Source of the DNA: an uncultured delta proteobacterium
GTDB taxonomy: Bacteria > Myxococcota_A > Polyangia > Fen-1088
Direction: 5' to 3'
Assembly: GCA_963767925.1 (NCBI GenBank)
Contig: CAVYGB010000010.1
Coordinates: 1,791,626 to 1,855,625 of the forward strand
Length of the DNA: 64,000 nt
The translations under genes were made by a program, and so were the position numbers. Numbering within the stretch: position 1 is the stretch's first letter; every line of letters starts with the position of its first letter. The notes under the pieces are model-generated. The model was not told the DNA's origin. It searched no databases and worked only from the letters and a program-made list of their open reading frames with translations. Shown piece after piece: positions 39,599 to 49,559 of this stretch.

Positions 39599-39893
39599 CG
39601 GCGGCCTCCTTGCCGCCTGTGGTGAGCGGCAAGACAACCTGTACTGGAAACGCAAATTCTCGGGGACTCTGATGCGTCACTTTCTCGTTGTAGGCGCGCT
39701 GGCGAGCCGCGTGCGCGAAGCGACCGTCGCGGCTGGCCTGATAGCGCCGCCCCGCTTCGAGCAGCGTCTGTCGGCGGGCCCTGGTGCGGCAGCCGATCGA
39801 GCAGTATCGATCCCCGCGGTCGCAGGGACTGCAGAGGAAGAACACCTGCCGGCACTCGGGCCGGTCACAGACAACGAAACGAAGCGAGTCCAC
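39288..39893 (-). CDS. IS21 passenger Cys-rich, putative Zn-binding protein
   Basis: C..PEC…CSPCDRGDRYCSIGC; C-terminal CARC; start codon uncertain. Confidence 0.6.
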   Translation of the reverse strand: MDSLRFVVCDRPECRQVFFLCSPCDRGDRYCSIGCRTRARRQTLLEAGRRYQASRDGRFAHAARQRAYNEKVTHQSPREFAFPVQVVLPLTTGGKEAADARPDLGDDPPATRVDQGASDGRTRADAAQGKAGPDAVAPAGAADAAGGAGAVAQPAGPRCARCRRPGRYVRDEFVSRSGRRAPADAAVHARGGRGPPPSAPT

Positions 39894-40323
39894 GTCCCCG
39901 GGGGCGCCGACACCCGAAAACTGGACGGAGCCGTGCGGCCGTGCGACGACGATCTCGTCGGACACGTCCCCGTGAATCGACACGAGGGACTCGGAGCTCG
40001 TAACTCCGGGTCCCTCCTCCCTCCGGGAGTCGGCTTCTTCTCGCTACCCTGATCGGGCCAGCTTCGCGAATTTTCCGCTCACCGGCCCCCCCCCAGAAGG
40101 ACGGGGTCTCCCGGCTGGCGTACTTCGTGGGGCGACCACCGCCGACGGCGCCTTGGAGACCGGCGCCCCAGTCACACATGGATCCCGGGGGGGATCTTCA
40201 GCCAAGCGGCCCTCGAAGCCCGGGCTCCGGTGACCCCGGTGAAAAGGGGACCCTCTCAGACCGGTGGCGACACCGAGACGTCGCGCGCCGCCCGAGCGTT
40301 CGGTTGGCCGACGAAGGAAAGCT

Positions 40324-41085
40324 CTACTTTGCCTTCGTCGCGGCGGCGGGCTTGTCATCTGCCTTCACCCCGGCGCGGGTGCCCGCAGCGCTCGACCTCT
40401 TCGTCCGTTTCGTCCCCGCACCCGCCGCTGCTATTGCCACTGCCGGCACACGAGTGTATGTGCCAGAAAGGTGGTTTTCGTCGCAGAAGGACAAATCTTT
40501 CGAGCAGGCGACCTCCAACGTAGATGGCCGGCAAATGTCAGTGTCGAATTCGGGCGCTGCAGGCACGGTGGTCACGAGAAGCCGAACACTGCGGACTCCG
40601 TCGTCGCCCTCTTTCCCAGCTCGCAGGTTGATCGCCTTCTGGACATTGACCTTCGGGGCATTTACGGGCGAAGGCTCGCCGGCCGCGGCGGAGACCTTTG
40701 GGGCATTGACCTTCGGGGCATTCACAGGCGAAGGCTCGCCGGCCGCGGCGGGGACGGCCGCTGGCAGCTCATCTAGGTAGTAGGAACCGCAGAGCGGTGC
40801 CTTGCTGTCCTGGCACGCGTCGTCCTGATCCGTCTTATCAACGACAGGTTTGAGGCCCGCGCCCGTCGCTTCAAATCTCCAGCCTTCAGCGCTCCTTGAG
40901 AAGGTGATCTTCAGACCCCGCGGTCCCTTCCAGGTTGTCGGGACGTCCACCGTGGACGGATCGTTATTCGCAGCAGTGCTGTTCAGAACGCTCCGACTGT
41001 TCCAGGTCTTCTCGCACTCGGCCAAGGCCGGCTTTGCAAAAAAGAAGCTCATTAGAACCGCGACTCCCGGTGTGAAAGGTTTCAT
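40324..41085 (-). CDS. Secreted hypothetical protein with internal 20-aa tandem repeat
   Basis: Signal peptide MKPFT…ALA; AAAGEPSPVNAPKVN twice. Confidence 0.6.
   Translation of the reverse strand: MKPFTPGVAVLMSFFFAKPALAECEKTWNSRSVLNSTAANNDPSTVDVPTTWKGPRGLKITFSRSAEGWRFEATGAGLKPVVDKTDQDDACQDSKAPLCGSYYLDELPAAVPAAAGEPSPVNAPKVNAPKVSAAAGEPSPVNAPKVNVQKAINLRAGKEGDDGVRSVRLLVTTVPAAPEFDTDICRPSTLEVACSKDLSFCDENHLSGTYTRVPAVAIAAAGAGTKRTKRSSAAGTRAGVKADDKPAAATKAK
40644..40755. repeat. 60-bp tandem duplication
   Basis: cattgaccttcggggcatt…gcgaaggctcgccggccgcggcgg starts at 40644 and again at 40704. Confidence 0.9.
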
Positions 41086-41347
41086 GCGCGCACTGTACTG
41101 CTTCAGCTGTTTAACTTGCCGAAAATGAGCGACCCCGGGGCCGCCGTCGAGCCGAGCGCGTAGCCGCTGCGGCCCTGATGCCCGGTTCCGCACCTGCACC
41201 CACGCGCCACCGCTCCCGGTTTCAAGCGCCGGGAAGAAAAACCGCCTATAACGTTGTCGAGTACCGCGCGATAGAATCAATCTCGTGGACTCACCGACCA
41301 TCTCTCTCGGCGTTGTATCAGGTGTAAACTTGCGTCCAGCCCAAGGG

Positions 41348-42115
41348 TCAGCGACGGGCGACATCCGGTCCCGGGCCGCAGCCGTGGGACCGTAGGAAGG
41401 CGACGCCTCGGCGCTGCTCCTCAGCGCCCTGCGGGCCACCGCCTTCCTCATTCTCGAAATCCAGGAGCACACCGCCGTCACTCGCGGTGATCTCCATGCT
41501 GAACCTGTCGGGCACCAGGGCAACGTCGTCCGGGTAGGTCACGGCGACGAAGTAGCGCAGCTCCCCGGTAGGGAGGCCGTCGCAATCAGCTATCCGGTTC
41601 TCGACGACGGCCCACGAGCCGCGGTTGAAATTGGAGTCCTGGGGTACGAGGTTCAAGCGCGCACCCCAACCACCGAGCTGCTACCGATCAGGTGCCCGCC
41701 GTCATGGTCGTGGCCAGGAACTTCCTTGTCGCCCCACCGGCCCACCTGGCCCTGACACGCGTTCATCCGGGCTTCGCCCTCGATCGGTGGGATGAACGAG
41801 TAGGTTCGCGACGGACGCCCGGCAGCGTCGATGTAGTAGTACTCGCCGGTCAAGGCGTGCCACGCCTCCCGGTCCTCGGCTGAGAAGTATTGCGGGCAGG
41901 TCTCGATCCCAATGATGTCGGCGTGGACCTTGTAGGCGATACCATGCGGGGCCAGCGTCCGTCGGACCTCGGCGTCGCTGCCGGTAGACAGCAACTCGAG
42001 GACGGCGCCGGGGCCACCCAGCTCTTCTTCAAGACGGTAGACTGGCTCGGCGGGGAACGGCGCGCAGGCCAGCGCGGCAGTTGCTGCGAGCAGGAGCTCC
42101 CGCTGGGGAGGGCAT
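41348..42115 (-). pseudogene. Lipoprotein DNA/RNA non-specific endonuclease (beta-beta-alpha-Me), two apparent frameshifts
   Basis: DGGHLIG then NLVPQDSNFNR..W…E in the adjacent frame; MPSQRELLLAATAALAC is restored by removing one C near 42105. Confidence 0.75.
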
Positions 42116-42883
42116 GCGAGGATATCGGCGGGGTGCCGCCCGAAGTTGCTGCCGTCTGCACGGTCGTCGCCCGCGGCTCGCACGGCTGCGAGCCAATCAA
42201 GGGGAAACGGCGGCTGTCGAACACGCCTGGCGCGCGCTCGGCCGGCCTGGCGTCCGGCGGCGGCGGTCGGGTACAGGCCCACGGACGAGGCCGCGCGCCG
42301 CTGGTCCGGCGTTGCTGGTCGAGCGCGCGCTGGCCATCGCGGGCTGCCGCCAATCGCCCCCTGTGGGCAACTCCAGGAGCTTGCTCGACGTCACCGTCGC
42401 GGTCTCCACCCTGCACCCGTGGGTGCCGGCGCCTCCCCGGCCGCGCGCTCCGCTGGGAGCGCTCTGTTGGCAGCGGAGGCGTGGGCCTCCGGCGCGCGCG
42501 CGCTGGCGCTGCTGCTGCTGCAGCCCCCCCTGCCCCGATCCCTCCTATCGGCAAACCAGGGGGGCTGCTCGACACTTCCGCCCCGTCTTCTCGTCCCCAC
42601 GGGCAGGCCCATCGCTGCTACGATCCTCCGCATGGACAAACTCCACAGGCCGGATGGATCCGCGCCGACGTTCTACTTGCCCCCCTCCTGGCGCCAGCGT
42701 TTGCTGACGGAGTTGCGAATTCTTTGGAGAGCTCGCTCGGACGTCTTTCGTCGGCTCTTGGGTCGGCCGCCAAGACGGCTCCTTCCCTGACACAGGTGCG
42801 CGTCGTGGGGGAGACGTCCAAGAGGCGTCCAGACGTTCAAACGTCCCGACGTCACTACACATCGAAAAGCCTGGGGGAAGACG

Positions 42884-43255
42884 ATGGCGAACACACTCTC
42901 GCGTGAAGCCGCCGAGCGCGCCCGCGAACTACGCCGGACTCGGAGAACCCGCTCAGGGTCCCGGGCGCGAGCCTTCCAGGATATCGCTGACATTCTTCGG
43001 TTGGAGGGGCGCGGAAAGCACACGCCTCTCGATGTGGCGGACGCGATCGCTGGGCTCCCGCTTGAGGATCACGAGCTCGCGCCGCCGTCCGACGCGGCTG
43101 CGGCCGAGCTTCGAGCGGTCATGGCGCCAGGGATGGACCGAAGAGTTTCCCAGGGAGCCGTGGCCTGGACTGGAAGCGGCCCAAAAGCGCCTTCGCGAGA
43201 AGCACCTGCTCCTGCCCGGGCGCCGCCAGAGTCGCTGAGACTAGGGCATTCCTGA
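42884..43255 (+). CDS. Small hypothetical protein
   Basis: ATG with purine-rich upstream region; helical composition. Confidence 0.35.
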   Translation: MANTLSREAAERARELRRTRRTRSGSRARAFQDIADILRLEGRGKHTPLDVADAIAGLPLEDHELAPPSDAAAAELRAVMAPGMDRRVSQGAVAWTGSGPKAPSREAPAPARAPPESLRLGHS

Positions 43256-43406
43256 GCGGCGCTTTCAACGCCTCGATGTCCGCGGCACTCATCCGCCACT
43301 TCTTCTTTTATTGGACACGCCCCCCTCCCTCAGCGTCATCAGCTCAGGGAGGCACCCACCGATATCCTGCGGGAGATTCACCCGCGCAAAGGATGATGGA
43401 TCGGGC

Positions 43407-44246
43407 ATGAACATTGCTTCTGCTGAGCCCAATCTTGGCAAAAGAGACCCCTGCTGGGCATCACGCGTGTCCGGCTGCAGGGGCAAGCGCTCCCTTGAGC
43501 ACTACATGACCCGTGGCCTCTGGCTGAACGGCACCCTCACTGTAACCGGGTTGCCTTGGTCGCCCGAACCGAAGGAGATGTCCATCGATGATCTCGGAAC
43601 GCGATCGCTCTGCGAGGGTCACAACGGCGACCTGGCGTTTTTAGATCAAGTCGCGATTGACCTCAACAACGCCCTCCGTCGATTGGATGAGCTTGTTGAG
43701 GTTCGCGGAAAGTCCGGGGGCCCACATATTCGCCCTATTCATCTTCACGTCAACGGTGCGCTGTTCGAACGCTGGGCGCTGAAAACGGCGATGAATCTTT
43801 CCGTCGTAAGCCGGAGCTCGCCCGCCCCGTGGAGACTGCCAGAATGGATCCCCGCCGCGATTTTCGGCAAGCGTCCCCTCGATGGGGGGTGCGGCCTCGC
43901 GCTTTTCGTCGCCGTGGGTGACGACGGAGCGATGAGGGAGCGCCTCCAACTTTCCCTCTATCATCTTGGCGGAGCGAAAGACCCCGGACTCCTGATGATC
44001 CAGTTCCGCGGTGTCCACAAGTTCGGCCTGACTTGGGACGTCCCAATGCGAACGGTTGCTCTCCAAGTGGCCGGGAAGGAATACCTGGGAGGTGAGGCCC
44101 TCTTCCCCCTGCGAGAACTGAACTTCAACCATCGCAGGCGGCCTCTCCGACTTGCGCTGATCGTGGACAGCCAGCCCACGGCCCGTGCGGACCCGGCCGT
44201 GGTGGCTCTTCGCGCCCGATACAAGAGCCCACCCCGCTCGCGCTGA
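43407..44246 (+). CDS. Hypothetical protein with N-terminal HNH-like motif
   Basis: C……C….SLEH…LCEGHN. Confidence 0.55.
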   Translation: MNIASAEPNLGKRDPCWASRVSGCRGKRSLEHYMTRGLWLNGTLTVTGLPWSPEPKEMSIDDLGTRSLCEGHNGDLAFLDQVAIDLNNALRRLDELVEVRGKSGGPHIRPIHLHVNGALFERWALKTAMNLSVVSRSSPAPWRLPEWIPAAIFGKRPLDGGCGLALFVAVGDDGAMRERLQLSLYHLGGAKDPGLLMIQFRGVHKFGLTWDVPMRTVALQVAGKEYLGGEALFPLRELNFNHRRRPLRLALIVDSQPTARADPAVVALRARYKSPPRSR

Positions 44247-44553
44247 GCCACTCTGATGGGCTGGCGGAGACCTTCCGTTCCGGTTGATGGAATTCTTGGC
44301 AAGGGCGCTGGCTCATTGAAAGGGCCCCGCCGCCAGCCACCGGGGGCCGAGCGCGCAAAAGAGGATTCGCAGATGGTATTCGCCGACTCCCGGTGCCGCC
44401 GCGCCCGATGGTGAACCGCTGCGGGGAGATGGACGCTGGTTGCGGGTGGTCCAGCGGAGCAGAAGTGCGGGAGAGAGCCGAGCCAGCGAGAGCCGGGGGG
44501 TCGTGTCGGCAGACGTTATCGGGGAACCAACTTGTCGACGACGGCCGGAGCGC

Positions 44554-46083
44554 TCATTGCGGCAACGGAAGGACTCCGGCCGCTCGCATCTCCTTGATGT
44601 CTAGGACGCCGAAGTTGGGGTCGTCTGCGCTGTGTGAGACCAGCTGGTCCAGGCCGAGCTGGAAGGCATCGGAGAACTCCATAGTGCCGACGCCCGTAGT
44701 TTCCACCGGCCAGATGACCGGCGAGCCAGGCGATGATCTCACCCCAACGAAGACGTGACCCGAGACGAAGATGAGGACTGGTTCCAGGCCGATCAGCTCG
44801 AGCGTCGAGGCGAAGAGCATTGTCCCGTCGAAGCAGTTGGCCGAAAGAGCCGCGACGACCTCGGCCGCTCGGCGGACGTGCTGCCAGCCTGCGAAGAAGG
44901 TGCCGGGGATGTTGCTGTACCTCGTGTTCGCATTCCTCAGAGCCGTGTAGATGGAGCTGAGCGCGTCCTCGACGACGTCTTGTTTCGTAGCGTTGCGGTA
45001 CCAGTCCACCGTCCTGGAGACCAGGCCGCCGTCGTTCGCGAGCACCAGGCGGTAGATTCCTGACGAAGCGTCGACCTCAGCCCCAGCGCCGCTGATCTGA
45101 TCCGGCCAGACCAGCGTGGCCTCGTTGCTACTGCCCGCCGCCCATGCGGCGTACTGCTCTGGCGTGAAGAGGTAGACGTCGATATCGTCGTCGACGCCAC
45201 CGCTGACGCTCGTGAGGGTCCAGGTGAGTGACTCGTCCTCCTCGAGCACGACGGTCTCGGCGATGTGTTCGTCGACGCCGATTTCCTGGGCCTTGCGAAG
45301 GTGCGGCTGTCGCTGGTAAGGGTCCGCGCCGCCGAATCCCTCGAAAGCGCTCTCCTCGGTGGCCAGGCGCTGCAGCTGATCGACCTCAGGAGCTTTCGGG
45401 GTCACGAAGATCGCTGACAGCTTCCGCATCTCGTGGAAGCTGATGCCGGGCGCCGTCCACGCGATGTCGTTGACCGGTGCGATGGTCAGGATCTTCATCT
45501 CCCGGCCTATCACATCGGCTCCCTGGCGAGCTTCCACTTCCAGACGACCGGGAGTCGCGTCGCGAAGTGCATAGAGCTTGCTGAAGTCGAACGTCGGCTC
45601 GAGGCAGACTTTCCTTTCCGACTGAGCGCCAACGTCCACGTCCTGGGTGCTGGCTTGCGAGTAGACCGGCAAGCTGATCGACAGTGAGACGCGGGTAGCC
45701 GGCCCGCCGTTGTTGAGCTGCACGCAGGCCAGTCGCGACGGCAACGGATGATTGATGGTCTTACCCAGCAGGTGAGCCATGTACGTCGGAAACACGGGAC
45801 CGAGGGCGGGGTCATGGATCAAAGCAGGGAACGACCAGGTCGCCGACAGCGAGCTGGCCGCATCCATGTTCGCTCCGTCCTGGGGGCCGACGACGCTCCC
45901 ATCCGAGCCGCCCGAGCCGCCCGAGCCGCCGGTTCCCCCGCCATCCGGGGATGCTCCGCCAGCTCCTCCCCCTCCGCCTCCAGCGCCCCCATCTCCTGGT
46001 GCTGAGTCGCCAGCGCCGCAGGCGCCCTGGAGCACGATGAGAGCGGCGGTCGAGAACAATCGCGTGTTTTTGATATTCGCCAC
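44554..46083 (-). CDS. Lipoprotein with C-terminal transglutaminase/papain-like domain
   Basis: QGAC lipobox, Gly-rich linker; ANCFDG…FAS, GHVFVG, PVETT (Cys-His-Glu). Confidence 0.7.
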   Translation of the reverse strand: MANIKNTRLFSTAALIVLQGACGAGDSAPGDGGAGGGGGGAGGASPDGGGTGGSGGSGGSDGSVVGPQDGANMDAASSLSATWSFPALIHDPALGPVFPTYMAHLLGKTINHPLPSRLACVQLNNGGPATRVSLSISLPVYSQASTQDVDVGAQSERKVCLEPTFDFSKLYALRDATPGRLEVEARQGADVIGREMKILTIAPVNDIAWTAPGISFHEMRKLSAIFVTPKAPEVDQLQRLATEESAFEGFGGADPYQRQPHLRKAQEIGVDEHIAETVVLEEDESLTWTLTSVSGGVDDDIDVYLFTPEQYAAWAAGSSNEATLVWPDQISGAGAEVDASSGIYRLVLANDGGLVSRTVDWYRNATKQDVVEDALSSIYTALRNANTRYSNIPGTFFAGWQHVRRAAEVVAALSANCFDGTMLFASTLELIGLEPVLIFVSGHVFVGVRSSPGSPVIWPVETTGVGTMEFSDAFQLGLDQLVSHSADDPNFGVLDIKEMRAAGVLPLPQ

Positions 46084-46747
46084 GCCCCAACCTCCCGGTT
46101 CTTCGCCCCAGAGACCGCTAACCACCCCTACAATCGGCGCCAAGTGCGGTGGGCCTTGAGAGACCATGTGCGACCGCCGCCAGAATGCCTCCGACGTCGA
46201 GTTTCCCCCCTGGTGCGTTTGAGTCCCCCCCTGCCCCTCTGAGCGGTCGGGCAAGTAGGTGCCGTGCCGCGAGCGCGGGGAACCGTCACTCGGAGCCCGA
46301 GGATAGCGAGCGTCATCTGGTTGGTGGGAAGGATCAAGGAGAACCCTGGTGTGCGGGCAAAGGGGAGGCGGCGTCACCATCGACGAGCATGCCTACGCTG
46401 GCGGCGGCCGGCGCCATACCGACACCTGGGCACAGCGGCGGGACACCGGCGAGCAGGGCCTGCGGGAGATCACCCATCAGGCGGGGGGGCTACGACCTGC
46501 CGGCGCTCGACAGGCGGATCACGTTTCGCGACATCGGGTGAGCCGAGGTACAGGGAGCCTGCGAGGAGGCGCTGACTTGGCTAAGCTGGCAATCAACCGC
46601 TGGCGGTTGACAGCCACGCAGGTGGCCGCGTAACTTTTCGATGTCGAGGCGGGCTCGGCCCAATTGAAGACGACTCCGTTCGGGAAATCCCGAGCAACCG
46701 GGGCGTCACCACGGTGACGCCACCTTCCGCGCCCGCCTCGACTTCGC

Positions 46748-47439
46748 ATGCTCGAGTGTCCCTGGTACGCCTCGGCGCACGCCGTGCGCCGGTACATCGA
46801 GGTAACGGGCTCGAAGCTTTCGTTTGACGACGCGAGCGACGAGCTCATCGCCTACTGCTCGCGGGCCTGGCTACGCTACCAGGGCACCGATCGCCAGCCG
46901 AAGGTCGCCAGGAGCGGCGGCGCCTATGTCTACCGGGGGCCCGGGCCGCATCGGCTCGGGCTGGTCGTAGTGATGGAGCGCCGGCCAGAGGGGCCCAAGC
47001 CTCAGTTGGTCGACGTCCTGCCCACGTCGGCGGCCTCAAGGGGCCCGGCCGTCGAGCGTGACAGCAGGCCCCCCCGCCCGGTCGCCGCGGCGCCGCCCCC
47101 GGCGCTGCCCCCAACGCCAACGCTCGCGAGCACCTCTGCGTGGACCGTGTCGGACCTGGCTGTCGAGCGCTACCGGGAGATCCGTCGCCACCCGGTCCGA
47201 GAAAAACGTCGCGCCCCGGTCCCCGGAGTCCACCTCTCGGTGGAGGAGGCCAGGCAGGCCCTGCTCGGCTACGCCGAGCAGACCAGGCGCTGGTATCGCG
47301 AGGTGGGCCATCAGCCCAAGGAGAGGGGCGCGGGGTTCGGCTACCGTGGCGTCCGGCCGGGCCGGCTCCTCCTTGTGGTGTCGCCGGGGGGCAGGTGATC
47401 GACGTCGTGGCCCACCATTCCCTCCAGGCCAGGCGCTAA
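46748..47439 (+). CDS. Protein built from two tandem copies of a ~90-aa domain; apparent frameshift in the G-run at ~47390
   Basis: The two halves align by eye (see findings); the tail GGQVIDVVAHHSLQARR* lies in the adjacent frame. Confidence 0.65.
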
Positions 47440-47659
47440 AGTCAGCTCTCCGCACCATCTCGAACGGCCCCCCGTCCGCCGCACCGTCGGCTCCCCCGCA
47501 TCGAGCGGGGCCGGTGGCCGGTCGGGGAGGGCGGAGCCCCTTCCTGCTCGAGCGCCGAGGTCGCCCCGAAGGCCGGAGGCATCGCATTTTCGGACGACCG
47601 CGGGCTGCGAGACTGCGGAAGGTTGGGGCGGAGATGAGGAGCGCCGGTCGGGCAGTGAG

Positions 47660-47995
47660 TTAGCCCCGACGGCCCCGATGTGACCGTGGCGGCCCCGAAG
47701 CTGGTCGTCTTGCGCGCAGGACCTTCGGCGGGAAGCTCTGCCCGATGGCAGAACAGTACCGCTGAAGGGTGGAGACTTTCACGTCGGCGCCTGACTCGAG
47801 CTTGCTCACGACCGATGCCGCGGTACCCATCTTTGCTGCCACGACAGTCTGGCTCAAGCCGCGCCTTGCGCGGTGGGCGGCGAGCGCACGCGCGAGAGCG
47901 AGCCTCCGCTCGGCCTCGGCGACCAGCGCGGGAAAACCGGGGTTGGCGGCGGTGCGCTCGGCGACCACCTCGTCCAGGAAGTCCTTGGACCGCAT
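47660..47995 (-). CDS. XRE-family HTH antitoxin (HigA-like)
   Basis: R.RRGLSQ..VA.KMGT..S.VSKLESG..VKVSTL.RY. Confidence 0.88.
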   Translation of the reverse strand: MRSKDFLDEVVAERTAANPGFPALVAEAERRLALARALAAHRARRGLSQTVVAAKMGTAASVVSKLESGADVKVSTLQRYCSAIGQSFPPKVLRARRPASGPPRSHRGRRG

Positions 47996-48021
47996 CGCCT
48001 GAGAGCATGCTGCAGATACGC

Positions 48022-48038
48022 CATAGCGTCAAGGCTAT
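48022..48038 (-). promoter_or_regulatory. Putative -35 box and antitoxin operator
   Basis: atagc-N6-gctat palindrome over TTGACG on the minus strand; the 12-mer catagcgtcaag recurs at 48577-88. Confidence 0.5.
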
Positions 48039-48048
48039 AGCGCCGAAG

Positions 48049-48462
48049 CTATTGGCGGGTGCGTCTTTTTTTGCCACGGTCTCGCCAATCGGCCAGGCGA
48101 TCCTCGGCCACCTTGATCTCGGCGGGAGGTGCTTTATTGGTGGCCTTGGCGAACCCGGAAAGCGCCAGGAGGATGTACTTGGCCACCTGGGCAAACAGGA
48201 CCCGGAACCGGCGCCGGCCGAGCGCGACCCTGACCTCGTAGATCTCGCCGCGCAGGTGCCGGGCGCTCTGCAGGCCGAGCTGGGCGACCTCCTTCATGCC
48301 CGCGACGACAGCAGCGGCCTGTTGCTCGGTAAGGGTTGCGAGGAACGATTTGACCGGCCGGAAACCGGCCGATGTCTCGTAGTCCCGCCAGCGCTGCCGC
48401 TGGCGTTGGGCCGGCGCCTGGGCGGCCGCCGCTCGGGTTTTGGATTTCGATCTGTTGGTCAT
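48049..48462 (-). CDS. RelE/ParE-superfamily toxin (HigB/Gp49-like)
   Basis: PVKSFL, RHLRGEIYEVRV, FRVLF, F.K.T.K.P..EI..AE.R; lies upstream of an HTH gene. Confidence 0.88.
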   Translation of the reverse strand: MTNRSKSKTRAAAAQAPAQRQRQRWRDYETSAGFRPVKSFLATLTEQQAAAVVAGMKEVAQLGLQSARHLRGEIYEVRVALGRRRFRVLFAQVAKYILLALSGFAKATNKAPPAEIKVAEDRLADWRDRGKKRRTRQ

Positions 48463-49175
48463 GTCGGGCTCACTCCTTCTGGGTAAGTAGATTCGGGCTG
48501 GGCCAAACGACCCGGGGGCGCGGGTAGGCCGCTGCCCGCTTGGTCCCCGAGCGTCGCGTCAGCAGGGTGAATAGTGCATAGCGTCAAGATTACCGTTTCC
48601 GATCGAACTGCCCTCCCGCCTCATCCAGTAGCGAACGCTCCTTGCCTCAGCGGGCACCGGCCAAGAGATCGGGGGGCCCCCGGAGGGCGCCCGACTAAGC
48701 GGCGTAGGCCGGCAGCGTTTGCGGCCGATGTCGGCTGCGGCTGAGGGTCAGTTGCAGGCGACATCGGCCCCATCGTGACCGCCCGCCCCAGAGGTGAGCG
48801 CAGGTCCGCGAATGGGGGCATTCTGCGGGCGCTGCCGCCCCCGGGCGGCTGGCCCCGGGTCCGCTGCTCGACGCCCTGCCCGCGGGTGGTGGGGCCCTGG
48901 CCCCGCGGGCTTGGCGGCTGCGGTCAGGAGGGGCTGCTCGGACGCCCTGCTCCCGGGCCGGCCGCGGTTGCCCACCTGCAATCCGCCGGGAGGGGACGGC
49001 GGCCGTACTAAGCAACCCCCCCCTGGACGCACGGCCGCCCCAGTTCGAGCTCGAGCAGGCCCAGCGCCCCTGCCCGCGTCGAGGACTTCAGCTCGCCCGC
49101 ATGGGGGGGGCGCCAGACGACCGCGGCGATCCTGGCTTCGTGGCGCAGCGCCGTCGCCGCCGTCGGCGCCTGGCG

Positions 49176-49559
49176 CTATCTGCGGCGAGGCCGGCTTCGC
49201 CCTGGTACTGCCTGGTCGAGCGAGCCCGCCCGCGCCGGCGGCCGCCGCCCCGACTCGGCCGACGTCGCCGGCGACCGCGCCGCCGGCAACCGCGGATCGC
49301 GGAGGACCTCTCTCTCGATCTCGGCCAGCAGCTGGCCGGCCTGGCCGGGGGGGTAGACGAATGCTCGTCCGCCCTCGTACAGGGCCGTGAGGCCCCTGCG
49401 AAACAGAGCTCGCGCCAGCTCAGGGAAGAGATGCTCATCGAGCGAGAGGTCGTCACCGGCCTGCAGGTGTGCCGCCGCGGCTTCCGGGTCACCGTGCTCG
49501 AGATGCCAGCGGGCCCAGTCGGACGGACCCCACGGCTCGCCTTCCTGCTGCTCCTCCAT
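49176..49559 (-). CDS. Small hypothetical protein
   Basis: Protein-like composition, G-rich RBS. Confidence 0.4.
   Translation of the reverse strand: MEEQQEGEPWGPSDWARWHLEHGDPEAAAAHLQAGDDLSLDEHLFPELARALFRRGLTALYEGGRAFVYPPGQAGQLLAEIEREVLRDPRLPAARSPATSAESGRRPPARAGSLDQAVPGRSRPRRR

Larger units (their letters stand above)
36685..40272 (-). mobile_element. IS21-family element carrying two extra ORFs
   Basis: Ends TGTCGCCGCCGG … CCGGTGGCGACA enclose istA/istB and two upstream ORFs; no matching TSD. Confidence 0.85.

Noticed and set aside
46290..46545. Possible gene relic (GVTIDEHAY…, YDLPALDRRITFRDIG)
   Set aside because: Short protein-like pieces in different frames that I cannot assign to any family.
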